Source: Nitrosopumilus sp.
GTDB taxonomy: Archaea; Thermoproteota; Nitrososphaeria; Nitrososphaerales; Nitrosopumilaceae
Length of the DNA stretch: 64,000 nt
Direction of reading: 5' to 3'
Assembly (NCBI GenBank): GCA_965205425.1
Contig: CBDBGZ010000009.1
Coordinates: forward strand, 128,001 to 192,000
Shown here: one piece after another, positions 40,455 to 50,400 of the stretch
Numbering within the stretch: position 1 is the stretch's first letter
Layout: every line of letters starts with the position of its first letter
Made by a program: the position numbers and the translations under genes
Notes under the pieces: generated by a model
The model's input: the letters and a program-made list of their open reading frames with translations, nothing else
What the model was told of the DNA's origin: nothing
The model's database searches: none

Positions 40455-42167
40455 CTAAGAGGGTAAAATCATATCCGATAACGAAGTTCCAGGAGCTACA
40501 AATGGCAATACGTCTTCCTCAGGATCAATTGGAATGTCAATTACGGTTGCCACATCACTGCTTAATGCATCTTTGATAGCTTTATCAAGTTCATCCATAG
40601 ATTGTGCTCTAATTCCTTGAGCACCATAAGACTGGGCTAATTTTACATAATCAGGACAACTGTGTTGTTCAACACCAGTCATTCTTCTATCATAGAAAGT
40701 TCTTTGCCATTGAGCTACCATTCCCAACGAAGAATTATTCAAAAGAAATACAATGACAGGAATATCTTCCAACACTGCAGTTGCAAGAGAATTTTCAGTC
40801 ATACTAAAACTACCATCACCTGCAATATCTACAACAGGAACATCAGGTTTTGCAACTTTAGCACCAATAGCAGCTGGAAAACCCCAACCCATAGTACCAA
40901 GGCCAGTAGAACTAAAGAAAGTACCAGGTTGAATTACATCATAAAATAATGATGCCCACATTTGATGTTGACCTACTTCAGTTGTTACAATAGATTCTTT
41001 TGGCAATAATTCACGTAATTTACGTAAAAGTTTAGCAGCACCCATTTCACCTGGATGAAGTTTCAAATTTTCTTTCCAATAGGATTTAGTTTCTTGTACA
41101 TGTTTAAACCAAGGAGTTTCTTCTGTTTTTCTAATTGCTTTTTGTAAAAGTATCTTAACCATAACTCTAAGATTTACACGTACATCTCCAATTACTGCAA
41201 TTTGCGCATTTTGATTTTTGCCTATTTCTGCAGGATCAACATCCATATGAATAATCTTTAATCGTTTTTCAAATGCCTCAAAGGTTCCAACAGATCTATC
41301 CGAGAATCTAGTGCCTATTGCTAATACACAATCAGCCTCTGCCATCATTTTGTTAGCTTCTGCATGTCCATGCATTCCAATTGGGCCTAATGATAATGGG
41401 TGAGTTTCAGGAAATGCACCCTTGCCTTTGAAAGTTGTAACAACAGGAAGCATTAGAGCTTCTGCAATTGATTGCAATTCAGGAAATGCAGAAGAAATGA
41501 TTACACCACCACCAGCTAAGATGATTGGTTTTTCTGCATGAAGTAACATGTCTATTGCTCTTTCAACATTAACAATATCAGGATCAGCCCAAGGATGATA
41601 TCCTTGAATTTTAAATTCATCTGGAAAATTCATTGGTGCTTCATTTGTTTGTACATCTTTTGGAACATCAATTAATACGGGTCCAGGTCTTCCAGTTTCT
41701 GCAATGAAGAATCCTTTTTTGACAACTTCAGGAACTTCAGCAGCAGTTCTTGGTTGAAATGCATATTTTACAACAGGATTTGCCATTCCAATAATGTCAC
41801 TTTCCTGAAATGCATCTTTTCCAATCATATTAACAGATACTTGTCCAGTTACTGCAATCATCGGAGCTGAATCAGCTTGAGCTGTTGCAATACCAGTCAA
41901 AATATTAGTTGCACCAGGTCCGGATGTTGCAAAACATACACCAGGTTTTCTACTTACTCGACCAAAACCATCAGCCATATGAGTAGCAGATTGTTCATGT
42001 CTTACCAAGATATGTCTAATATCACATCGATTAAACTCATCATACATTGGAAGATTTGCACCTCCTGGTAATCCAAATACTTGTTTGACGCCTTCTTTTT
42101 CCATAGCCGTCATCAAGGCCTTTGCACCTGTCATATTTTCCATTTTATTCATTAAATTTCTCTCCAT
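40455..42167 (-). CDS. ilvB: acetolactate synthase large subunit (start may be ATG 42152)
   Basis: FGLPGG, RHEQ, TSGPGATN, GQHQMW, GDGS..NN TPP motif. Confidence 0.95.
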   Translation of the reverse strand: MERNLMNKMENMTGAKALMTAMEKEGVKQVFGLPGGANLPMYDEFNRCDIRHILVRHEQSATHMADGFGRVSRKPGVCFATSGPGATNILTGIATAQADSAPMIAVTGQVSVNMIGKDAFQESDIIGMANPVVKYAFQPRTAAEVPEVVKKGFFIAETGRPGPVLIDVPKDVQTNEAPMNFPDEFKIQGYHPWADPDIVNVERAIDMLLHAEKPIILAGGGVIISSAFPELQSIAEALMLPVVTTFKGKGAFPETHPLSLGPIGMHGHAEANKMMAEADCVLAIGTRFSDRSVGTFEAFEKRLKIIHMDVDPAEIGKNQNAQIAVIGDVRVNLRVMVKILLQKAIRKTEETPWFKHVQETKSYWKENLKLHPGEMGAAKLLRKLRELLPKESIVTTEVGQHQMWASLFYDVIQPGTFFSSTGLGTMGWGFPAAIGAKVAKPDVPVVDIAGDGSFSMTENSLATAVLEDIPVIVFLLNNSSLGMVAQWQRTFYDRRMTGVEQHSCPDYVKLAQSYGAQGIRAQSMDELDKAIKDALSSDVATVIDIPIDPEEDVLPFVAPGTSLSDMILPS

Positions 42168-42203
42168 AATTTTAAGATACTAGACTACTGTTGTTACAGG
42201 AGT

Positions 42204-42257
42204 TTAATTCACAACCTCCAGTAGAATAATTGAAGAAGCAGCTACTGGATTGAACAT
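42204..42257 (-). CDS. candidate ilv leader peptide MFNPVAASSIILLEVVN
   Basis: 7 of 17 codons are Ile/Leu/Val; ATG 21 nt after TTTATAAG; stop 36-51 nt before ilvB. Confidence 0.65.
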   Translation of the reverse strand: MFNPVAASSIILLEVVN

Positions 42258-42291
42258 ATTACATCAAAGTTACAGATTCTTATAAAATTAG

Positions 42292-43059
42292 CTAATTTTG
42301 AGATTGTTTATCAGCGGGCTTGAGCGGTCTTTTAAAATGAGCAGTAACCAATTTTACAAAATCCAAAGTATTTTTCCATTTATCAGCACCCTCTACATCG
42401 GCAAGATGTTCTAAACGATAATGAATGAATTGAATAAGAGTTTGTTCTTCTTTCCTAAGAGATACACCTTTCAGATGACCAAAAAAATGATGAAGATCAA
42501 CATCTTGAAAAACGAGAGCGTAAGTCTCCAATGATTTACCATTCTTTACAGGTACAGAATAAGGATAAAATCTACTTTTAAGAACTACATAATCAGAATC
42601 AAAAAATCTATCAACTACGCTAAATGCACTAGGAGTCAAATGAACTCCAATCCAATTTGCATGTTCATAATACTGAGCTGCTTCATCAATAGCAGGTCCT
42701 AAAATCATTTTGTTTGACTCATAAAAATTTCCAATACTCATACAACCTCGTAAAAATATACTACGAGGTAAACCAAAAAGAGTAGCACTAAGCACATGAA
42801 CACCTAACTCATAAAGCAATTTTTCAATAGGATGTTTTCCGGAACAAGTAAGTATCAAAGTATCTGAAAAAGCATATAGATTAAAGACAAATCCGTTTTT
42901 ACGAGCATCCGAAAAATGATCATCAAGAACATTAACAAAATATTCCCAATTTGCGATTACTTCTTGAGGGTTTTTTTGTTTCCAGATACCTTTAGTACCT
43001 AACGCATCAAGAATACAGATTGCACCATATTGTTTAGAATGTTGTATTTTCTTAGCCAA
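42292..43059 (-). CDS. class III nucleotidyl-cyclase-like protein
   Basis: ILDALG, FSDT, LRGCMSIG, GPAIDEAA pattern. Confidence 0.6.
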   Translation of the reverse strand: MAKKIQHSKQYGAICILDALGTKGIWKQKNPQEVIANWEYFVNVLDDHFSDARKNGFVFNLYAFSDTLILTCSGKHPIEKLLYELGVHVLSATLFGLPRSIFLRGCMSIGNFYESNKMILGPAIDEAAQYYEHANWIGVHLTPSAFSVVDRFFDSDYVVLKSRFYPYSVPVKNGKSLETYALVFQDVDLHHFFGHLKGVSLRKEEQTLIQFIHYRLEHLADVEGADKWKNTLDFVKLVTAHFKRPLKPADKQSQN

Positions 43060-43307
43060 AAGATAGATCTTAATTCAGGTTAAATTTCAATCTTTAGTAA
43101 TGAACTGAGAACAAAAATAGTCACAGAAAATTTGAGGATTCATTAAACTCTCCGCAGAATGGGACGCTAAGTTAGTAAATTTTAGGACACTATAGTAGAA
43201 CAACAAGAGGCAAATCATTGCCCAATCTTTCAGTTAATTTTGTATCCATTGAAATCATAAAAATAATCAATTGATAATTAATAAAGATTATCTGAAAAAT
43301 AATCGAG

Positions 43308-44349
43308 TGTTCTTTCCAGAAATTATTTCGTGTCACTTTCATGAGTAATTCCTCCATAGAATGCTTGGGTCTATGAGTATTTCGTTTGTTATCATCTTGG
43401 AGTGATACGCATCAGATGGTGTCTCCATGTTATCCAAGTCTAGTGCGCCATGAACTCTAATGTGATTGTACCAATGCATAAACTGCTCCACTGACTCAAA
43501 GTATTCTATTTTACACTCAAAGATATCCCAGAACTTTTCTAGCTTACCATTTGTTTGTGGATGTCTCACTCTTGTACGAGAGTGCTTTACGTGATGTCTC
43601 ATTAGTTGCTGCTCAAAGTCTACTGGCTTGTTATGATCAAGAGTATTGACATTTGATGTGAACTGTTTTCCATTATCAGATAGTACGGATGCTGGTCTAC
43701 CGTGATTCTTTATTGCATCAGATAGTACTGCAGAAGAATTCACAGATGTTGCCTCATCATACACTCCGAAACCCGTGATAAATCGTGAGGCATCATCTTC
43801 AAATGCAATTAGTTGTTTTCCTGCCCAGCGTGAATCATGTATTGTGTGCCAGTCAGTATGCCACAGTGAATTTGAATATTCACGTTCATACCTGATCCAC
43901 TTTCTTCTCATCTTTTTCCGTGGTTGCTCAACTGATAATCCTTCATCTAGCATAATCTTGTGGATGCGATTGTGGTTTATCTTGGTATTGTACAATTTTG
44001 ATATGATTTTCTCAAGGTATAGTGCGTTTGTATGAAATTTTTCTTGAACTTGTTTGACTAGCTCTATCTCGTGTACAGTGACTGGCTTTTTTGGACGCCC
44101 TGGTCTTTTGAGTGTGGGAATCTTTTTGGTTTTTTTGTACTGAGAGTAGACTTGTTGTACTCTTCTAGGCGTTATCTTGAGGATTACTGAAATATCTAAA
44201 TTCTTGACTTTTTCATTTTTAGATTGTATAATCCACCTGATCTTATTCTCATCTAACTTTACCATAGGTATGCCACGATACCCACGCATACGATAGTATG
44301 GGAATGATGCTCTCCTAGTTAAGGGGTGAAATAATTTCCGGAAAAGATA
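43308..44349 (-). mobile_element. IS481-family element A, copy 3
   Basis: Near-identical to copies 1 and 2; 15-bp repeat TGAAAAATAATCGAG at 43293-43307 and 44350-44364. Confidence 0.92.
43339..44289 (-). CDS. IS481-family transposase
   Basis: Same protein as copies 1 and 2. Confidence 0.92.
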   Translation of the reverse strand: MRGYRGIPMVKLDENKIRWIIQSKNEKVKNLDISVILKITPRRVQQVYSQYKKTKKIPTLKRPGRPKKPVTVHEIELVKQVQEKFHTNALYLEKIISKLYNTKINHNRIHKIMLDEGLSVEQPRKKMRRKWIRYEREYSNSLWHTDWHTIHDSRWAGKQLIAFEDDASRFITGFGVYDEATSVNSSAVLSDAIKNHGRPASVLSDNGKQFTSNVNTLDHNKPVDFEQQLMRHHVKHSRTRVRHPQTNGKLEKFWDIFECKIEYFESVEQFMHWYNHIRVHGALDLDNMETPSDAYHSKMITNEILIDPSILWRNYS

Positions 44350-44426
44350 TGAAAAATAATCGAGTTTTTACTTCATACACTCCAGAAGACTTAAACTGAT
44401 ATTTTCTGCATTCGAAATGAACTGTT

Positions 44427-44831
44427 TTGAGTGATAATGAAGAGATCATCAATGTTATAGAGACATTATTTCAAGCAGGAATTACCAAAAATTTGGAGAT
44501 GTTGAAAGACATTCATCTAAATGATCCCAAATTCTCTAGTTTCAGTGATTTACCACCATATGATCTTAAAGATTATCAAACAACCATAGAACTTGAAGAA
44601 TTAAGATTTATCAGTATTTCAGACTATACTTACGAGATAAAAAATCCAAAGATTAGCTTATTTGGAGATACAGCAGTTGTTGCATTAGAACTAATTCAAA
44701 AAGGAATGTTAGTAGATAACAAGGCATTCACAGGAGAACACATGGTAATTACAGGTCGTGCAACATTTGTTCTTGTAAAGCAACCAACATGGAAAATTGC
44801 TCACATTCATCTATCAAAAATTGATGGGTGA
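44427..44831 (+). CDS. NTF2/SnoaL-like protein
   Basis: FGDTAVV..GRATFVLVK..WKIAHIHLS. Confidence 0.82.
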   Translation: MSDNEEIINVIETLFQAGITKNLEMLKDIHLNDPKFSSFSDLPPYDLKDYQTTIELEELRFISISDYTYEIKNPKISLFGDTAVVALELIQKGMLVDNKAFTGEHMVITGRATFVLVKQPTWKIAHIHLSKIDG

Positions 44832-44834
44832 TTT

Positions 44835-45773
44835 TTATTTTTTAGTAGAATCAGGTTTCTTTTGATTAGGATTGTTTGGTTTGTTTGATTTCTTTTGATT
44901 AGGATTGTTTGGTTTGTTTGATTTCTTTTGATTAGGATTGTTTGGTTTGTTTGATTTCTTTTTTTGTGATTTTTGTTTCTTTTTTGGTTCTTCGCTAACT
45001 AATTTTTGGTACAATTTGAAAGCTTGATCAACATTTAGATTTCCATGAATAATTGCTCTAGCAGCTTTTATCATAGGTACGGGATGTTCAGATTGCCAGA
45101 TGTTTCTACCCATATCAACTCCAACTGCACCGGCTTTGATTGCATTATACGTTAACTGTAATGCATCACGTTCAGGAATTTTCTTTCCTCCGGCTACAAT
45201 AATTGGAACAGGACACGATTGAACTACTTTTTCAAAATTATCACAATAGTAAGTTTTGACAATATGTGCACCTTGTTCTGCAGCTACACGACATGCTAAA
45301 GAAAGATATCTTGCATCTTTTCCTAGTTCTTTTCCAACAGCAGTTACTGCTAAAACAGGTATTCCATATTTTTCAGCCTCACTTACAAGTTTTCCAAGAT
45401 TAACAATTGTTTGATATTCATATTTTGAACCGACAAAAATAGACATTGCAAGAGCGCTAGCATTTAGTCTAATTGCATCTTCAATTGACACAGTGATATC
45501 TTCTTGAGATAAATCCTCACCAATAATACTGGAACCACCAGAAACTCTCAAAACCATAGGAGTGTCAGTTGTTGCCGAAACAGATGCTCTTTGAACACCT
45601 CGAGTTACCATTAAAGAATCGCAATGTTTCAAGAGAGGGGCAATTACCTTTTTTGGGTCTTCTAGTTTTTCAGTTGGACCAAGGAAATAGCCATGGTCTA
45701 CTGCCAACATTAATGCACGATTATTTTGTGGTTTAATGATACTTGAAATTCTATTTTTTAATCCCCAATCCAT
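44835..45773 (-). CDS. lsrF: LsrF/DhnA-type class I aldolase-thiolase
   Basis: MDWGLKNR, LAVDHGY, IVKTYY, AGGKK, GVDMGRNIWQ. Confidence 0.82.
   Translation of the reverse strand: MDWGLKNRISSIIKPQNNRALMLAVDHGYFLGPTEKLEDPKKVIAPLLKHCDSLMVTRGVQRASVSATTDTPMVLRVSGGSSIIGEDLSQEDITVSIEDAIRLNASALAMSIFVGSKYEYQTIVNLGKLVSEAEKYGIPVLAVTAVGKELGKDARYLSLACRVAAEQGAHIVKTYYCDNFEKVVQSCPVPIIVAGGKKIPERDALQLTYNAIKAGAVGVDMGRNIWQSEHPVPMIKAARAIIHGNLNVDQAFKLYQKLVSEEPKKKQKSQKKKSNKPNNPNQKKSNKPNNPNQKKSNKPNNPNQKKPDSTKK
44856..44954 (-). repeat. 33-bp coding tandem repeat x3 (SNKPNNPNQKK)
   Basis: TTTCTTTTGATTAGGATTGTTTGGTTTGTTTGA x3. Confidence 0.9.
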
Positions 45774-45818
45774 ATTTCTTCGATTTTGAAAGAATGAAAA
45801 TCCCTTCTTAAGCCTTTC

Positions 45819-46847
45819 TTATTTTGTAATGATAATTTTCATCGCATTTTCACCGGTTCGCGCATGATCAAATGCTTTTTGAGTATCAGAAATAGAATAA
45901 GTGTGAGTAACTAATTGTTTGACATCAATTTGAGAAGACTCTATCAAAGATAGGGCTTCTTTGGTATCTAAATCAGAAGCAGCATAACTAGTAACTATAG
46001 TAATTTCTTTTGAGTAGATTTTACTCATGTCTAAATCTAATTTTGCACCTTTTGATGGGACACCAAACATCATGACTGTACCGCCTTTTCTAACCATGTC
46101 TATTGCATCATCTAGTGCTTTCAAACTACTTGTAGCAACAATTGCAACATCTACACCTTGACCATCCGTGTTATCCAAAATTTGTTGTTTTCTAGTTTCA
46201 TCCAAAGATGAAATTGAAGAGGTGATATTGAATTTTTTAGCAAAATCTAATCTAAAATCATTTACATCAAAACAGAAAATCTTTGAAAACTTTTTTGCAT
46301 TTGCAAGCATTACATGCATCATGCCAGTAGGACCTACACCAAAAATAGCAGTGGAATCACCTTCACTATAGGAAAATTTTGTCCAGGCCCTAACACAGCA
46401 TGCCAAAGGTTCAATCATTGCAGCCTCTTCATAACTAAGAGAGTCAGAAATTTTCAAAACACCACCATGAGAAACATTCCACGATGGAACAACATATTCT
46501 TCGGATAATCCACATGGAGATAGATTTGTTTCATAATATTTTTTACACATTGTTTCATTTCTATGATTACAAAAATGACAATCATAGCAAGGGACATGAT
46601 GGTGTGTGAATACTCTATCACCTTTTTTAAATTCAGTTACATCAGAACCAACATCTAAAATAATTCCAGAGGGTTCATGGCCTAAACGCATTGATGGTTG
46701 ACCATATTGACCAAAAACTTTTTCCAAATCAGAACCACAAATACCACATGCATGCATCTGTACTAAAATATCACCAGATTCCAATTGAGGATTTTCTGTT
46801 TCATCAATGGAAATTATAGAAGGCTCTTTAACAGATGCAGTTTTCAT
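45819..46847 (-). CDS. zinc-dependent alcohol/sugar dehydrogenase (MDR)
   Basis: CGICGSD, GHE, CYDCHFC..C, GVGPTG. Confidence 0.92.
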   Translation of the reverse strand: MKTASVKEPSIISIDETENPQLESGDILVQMHACGICGSDLEKVFGQYGQPSMRLGHEPSGIILDVGSDVTEFKKGDRVFTHHHVPCYDCHFCNHRNETMCKKYYETNLSPCGLSEEYVVPSWNVSHGGVLKISDSLSYEEAAMIEPLACCVRAWTKFSYSEGDSTAIFGVGPTGMMHVMLANAKKFSKIFCFDVNDFRLDFAKKFNITSSISSLDETRKQQILDNTDGQGVDVAIVATSSLKALDDAIDMVRKGGTVMMFGVPSKGAKLDLDMSKIYSKEITIVTSYAASDLDTKEALSLIESSQIDVKQLVTHTYSISDTQKAFDHARTGENAMKIIITK

Positions 46848-46879
46848 GGTAGAACATTAGAAATTTGAGTATAAGTAGA

Positions 46880-47173
46880 TTATACGCCGAGAATCTTCTT
46901 TAGCATTACTCTATAATCAACTTCGTTCTTTTCACTTCCAGTTGCAGGTAATGCAAAGACAAGAGTAGATTTTTCAGCTCTTAATGCAGTCAATTCATCA
47001 TTAATGGATTCTGTAATATCATCACTAACTAGAACTAAACCCACATCAGAATCATCAGTTAATGTTTTAATTTCCTCCAAGGCTTTTTGTGGATTTTCAG
47101 AAATTTTTCCTGGAATTCCAGCTAATTGGAAACTAGTTACAAAGGATTTACTGCCAACAGTAAAGATTTTCAC
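46880..47173 (-). CDS. V/A-type ATP synthase subunit F
   Basis: MKIFTVG..FQLAGIPG..DVGLVLV, 97 aa. Confidence 0.85.
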   Translation of the reverse strand: MKIFTVGSKSFVTSFQLAGIPGKISENPQKALEEIKTLTDDSDVGLVLVSDDITESINDELTALRAEKSTLVFALPATGSEKNEVDYRVMLKKILGV

Positions 47174-47260
47174 AGTTGAGAATTTTGTACGTTCTAATTT
47201 AACCCTTTTTGGCGGAATTAGATCAGGAAGGTTGATTTAGTTTGAAAAATAGGTGATTTT

Positions 47261-47560
47261 ATGGCAGAAATTGATACTCAGAAAGATGTCTATTTGTTCC
47301 TACATGGAAAAATGGATCTTAAAGAAAAAGCAACAAATGCATTAACTGCAAAAGGATTTGCAGCTGATAAAGTCACCATGGCCCTACCAACCAAAGTTGG
47401 AGAAATAGGAGATTACATGGCAATGTTATGGATGCCTCCAAACCCAGATCACATCAAGATTCAACAAATTACAAAAGTTGAAGAAGTTAAACCGGAAGGA
47501 ATGGTGGGTCTTTGGAAAGGTGTTTCAAAAGACGATATCGATACTATACCATTAGAATAG
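47261..47560 (+). CDS. hypothetical protein
   Basis: 99-aa ORF with AGGTGA SD-like site. Confidence 0.7.
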   Translation: MAEIDTQKDVYLFLHGKMDLKEKATNALTAKGFAADKVTMALPTKVGEIGDYMAMLWMPPNPDHIKIQQITKVEEVKPEGMVGLWKGVSKDDIDTIPLE

Positions 47561-47562
47561 GT

Positions 47563-47814
47563 TTAGCTGAATCCAGCTCCAAACTCATTACCTTTTTCTA
47601 AAACATCACTAGAATCAGAATTTTTTAATTTTCTATAAAGCAATGTCTCATAAACAATTTTCATTGCCTGTTCATCATCTAAATCACAATCATCTTTGAT
47701 TTGATTTTTGTATTTTGCAAGTTTTGTTTCATCTTGTTCATCAGGAGATATCCCATCATGAACCATAAGATTTGCAATCTTTTCAATTTCAGAATTTTGT
47801 TGGTCTTCATCCAT
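47563..47814 (-). CDS. hypothetical acidic protein
   Basis: 83-aa ORF. Confidence 0.65.
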   Translation of the reverse strand: MDEDQQNSEIEKIANLMVHDGISPDEQDETKLAKYKNQIKDDCDLDDEQAMKIVYETLLYRKLKNSDSSDVLEKGNEFGAGFS

Positions 47815-47862
47815 GATTTTATAAGAAATTTCTAGTTATTAACACATTCGAATAACTGATTA

Positions 47863-48165
47863 TTACAAATCAGATATCAATCCAGAAAGAAAATCAGTAA
47901 ACTCATCATCTGAAAAAATAATTTTTTCAACTTGGTTTTGAGTTCGAGCTAATTGTGCGGATTCTAAATGATAGCATGTCGTTTTTCCATTTAATTTTCC
48001 AAAATAGAATCCAGGACAAGAACAATAATTGCTTTCAGGATCAATCCAGTGCTCTTCCCCTTTTCCAACTACAGTCCAGATTTTTCGTTGAGTGGGCTCA
48101 AAAACATGTAGTTTTACACGTTTTTCAGAAACCATTGATTGAACTCGATCCGGATCTTTGTTCAT
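47863..48165 (-). CDS. SWIM zinc-finger protein
   Basis: YCSCPGF..CYH. Confidence 0.82.
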   Translation of the reverse strand: MNKDPDRVQSMVSEKRVKLHVFEPTQRKIWTVVGKGEEHWIDPESNYCSCPGFYFGKLNGKTTCYHLESAQLARTQNQVEKIIFSDDEFTDFLSGLISDL

Positions 48166-48196
48166 AAGAGTTTAATCAGATATCTACAGTATAACT

Positions 48197-48454
48197 TTGA
48201 TGTTACAAACAAGAATAGTCCCATCAAAACCAGCTTTAATTTTAGAGGGAGAAAAAAAGAATCTCATAGTCACAGATGTTCACATAGGATTTGAGAATAG
48301 TATGTCTTCAAATGAAATTTTCATAGGTAAAAATTCAACGATAAATGAAATAATTCAAGAATTATTAGAAATAATTGATGTAGAAAAACCAGATTCTGTA
48401 ATTTTACTAGGAGATGTTAAATCCAGCATCAAAAGTATTTCTAGAAAGCAGTAG
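48197..48454 (+). pseudogene. 5' fragment of a metallophosphoesterase, cut at the element boundary
   Basis: TDVHIG and LLGD motifs present; GNHD and later motifs missing; stops after SISRK. Confidence 0.8.
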
Positions 48455-48595
48455 AAAGTTAGATTAGATTAAGAAAAAATTCCCACGAATTTCACGCCAT
48501 TAATGTATTCTAAAAAGGATTAATTTGTTTGAATCGCTGTAAAGCGTTTGTGTGTATGTATATTTTTTAGGAAGATAATTTGTATTTGACTAAAA

Positions 48596-48754
48596 TCATT
48601 TTTTCCATATTGACGTTTTCTTTCTACTAGAACAGAATCTTTCATAATTACCACAGTTATTGCATTTTAACAAATGATCGGAAGATAACCATGACCATCT
48701 AGTATTTTTTAAAAATCCTTTGTTGCATTTCTTACATCTTCTTTTTGTACTCAT
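48596..48754 (-). CDS. micro zinc-ribbon protein (52 aa)
   Basis: Manual translation CKKC..CNNC; ATGA overlap with the upstream gene. Confidence 0.6.
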   Translation of the reverse strand: MSTKRRCKKCNKGFLKNTRWSWLSSDHLLKCNNCGNYERFCSSRKKTSIWKK

Positions 48755-49095
48755 CTTGATCGAATCTTATTACATAATTTTTCTACTGGTTTTAGAACTG
48801 TAAAATATACAAATGTCACACAAAAGGCAATTCCAAAAAAGAATTCAGAGAATCCATTAAGCACGTAATCAATTTCATCAATCAAAATCACAGTAAGTAA
48901 AATAATTGCAAGTGGTGGTAAAAGAATTCTTAATACTAATTTTTCATAATTTTTAGCAGTATTCTTGTTTTTCTTTTTGTCTGGATAATACTTGTTGCAT
49001 TTACAAGAGTTACAACCGCCTACTTCATTTTTTGGTTTGGTACATTCTGCATGAGTTCCTCTTGAATGTCCACAAGTACAAAAGAATCTTAACAT
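48751..49095 (-). CDS. Cys-rich two-TM protein
   Basis: CTCGH..H..C..CNSCKCNKY plus two TM helices. Confidence 0.7.
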   Translation of the reverse strand: MLRFFCTCGHSRGTHAECTKPKNEVGGCNSCKCNKYYPDKKKNKNTAKNYEKLVLRILLPPLAIILLTVILIDEIDYVLNGFSEFFFGIAFCVTFVYFTVLKPVEKLCNKIRSR

Positions 49096-49766
49096 TTTAT
49101 TTTACATGCCTCTTTCATGTTTTGCCAATGATTCAACTCATTCCAAGCCTTTGATGAATTGTGATTAAATGAAAATTGCTCTTGTTGGATAATTTTTACT
49201 GTGTTTAATCTATCAAACTCACAACCAGTGTATAGATAATAAATCGTATCAGGTAAAACATATCTTAAATTATCATCAGATATGGTTGCACTGTGACAGT
49301 TTGAATCAACATAGCGTGTATTGTGTAATGTTCTGATTCCGTCTGATATTTTATGATCACCAGATAAAACAAAATCACCTAGTTGTGGTTCTACATATAT
49401 CATGAAAATTTTGTTTCTAATGTCAGCAGGAGGATCAATAAAGATAGCATTTGTGTTAAAATGATCATACCATTTGAAATGATGTTCTAGTTGTGGTGGC
49501 TCTCTTTGGAATATTTCATTAACATAATCAAAGCCACCTGAAATGTTTCTATTTGAACTATCAAGATGAATCAACAAAAGATCATCATATTTGATGCAAT
49601 TCTCAGACAACATACATGATTTGCTTAGTGCAATGCCTATCTTCTGATTGTATGTTTCTTCTTCTGCATATGAATATTCGATTAAACCACCTACAGCAAA
49701 TCCAATAACTCCAAATATTATGGATAATGTAATTGTTTTTTTCCAGTTAATCCGCCTATTTTTCAA
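49089..49766 (-). CDS. membrane-anchored/secreted hypothetical protein
   Basis: N-terminal TM/signal segment, paired Cys. Confidence 0.75.
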   Translation of the reverse strand: MKNRRINWKKTITLSIIFGVIGFAVGGLIEYSYAEEETYNQKIGIALSKSCMLSENCIKYDDLLLIHLDSSNRNISGGFDYVNEIFQREPPQLEHHFKWYDHFNTNAIFIDPPADIRNKIFMIYVEPQLGDFVLSGDHKISDGIRTLHNTRYVDSNCHSATISDDNLRYVLPDTIYYLYTGCEFDRLNTVKIIQQEQFSFNHNSSKAWNELNHWQNMKEACKIKC

Positions 49767-49803
49767 CAGTATAGATCAATTTCTGAGAATAAAAAAACTA
49801 GGT

Positions 49804-50355
49804 TTAGTAGCCAATTACTCTTTTTCGCAGTTTTGATAATAGAGAAGGTTTCATCGATGCATTTTTGGCTAGAATTTTTCTTCCCTCTACATAACCGTGT
49901 CTGTCTAGTATTGCATGTTGTTTCTTTCGTAGTTTTTCAGCCTGAATTTTTTGAATTCTTGCTTGTTTTTCTTGCTGTATTTTCTTAAGATATGCCTCAT
50001 CTCTGATTCTTTGGGCATTTAGTTTTTCTTGCTTTTTGTGTGCTGTTACTTTATCGTGCATCTTTCTTGTTTCTGCATTTCTCACATTTTGCTTGAAGTT
50101 TTTGATGTCATGATACATTGTCTGCATTCCTTGTATGGAATCCTCAAATCCTTGAGCATCAATGCCAAAATAGTTTTCAGACTTTTTAGTAGATGATTTT
50201 TTACTTTTTCTCTTTCTTTTTGGAGTTGTATGTGATGTCGATTTTCTTTTTGGTGGATTAGGTAATGAAAATCCATCTGCAAATACATTATTTTTCTTTC
50301 TCTTTGATATTTTATGATCACCATAATCTAGCAAACCCATTGTATTATTTGCCAA
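49804..50355 (-). CDS. Lys-rich basic protein with GLLDYG motif
   Basis: 183-aa ORF with its own TATA-like site (TTTAAATA). Confidence 0.75.
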   Translation of the reverse strand: MANNTMGLLDYGDHKISKRKKNNVFADGFSLPNPPKRKSTSHTTPKRKRKSKKSSTKKSENYFGIDAQGFEDSIQGMQTMYHDIKNFKQNVRNAETRKMHDKVTAHKKQEKLNAQRIRDEAYLKKIQQEKQARIQKIQAEKLRKKQHAILDRHGYVEGRKILAKNASMKPSLLSKLRKRVIGY

Positions 50356-50400
50356 AAAAAGGTTATTTAAAGAAAAATTGCGATCAATAAAAAATTAGAT

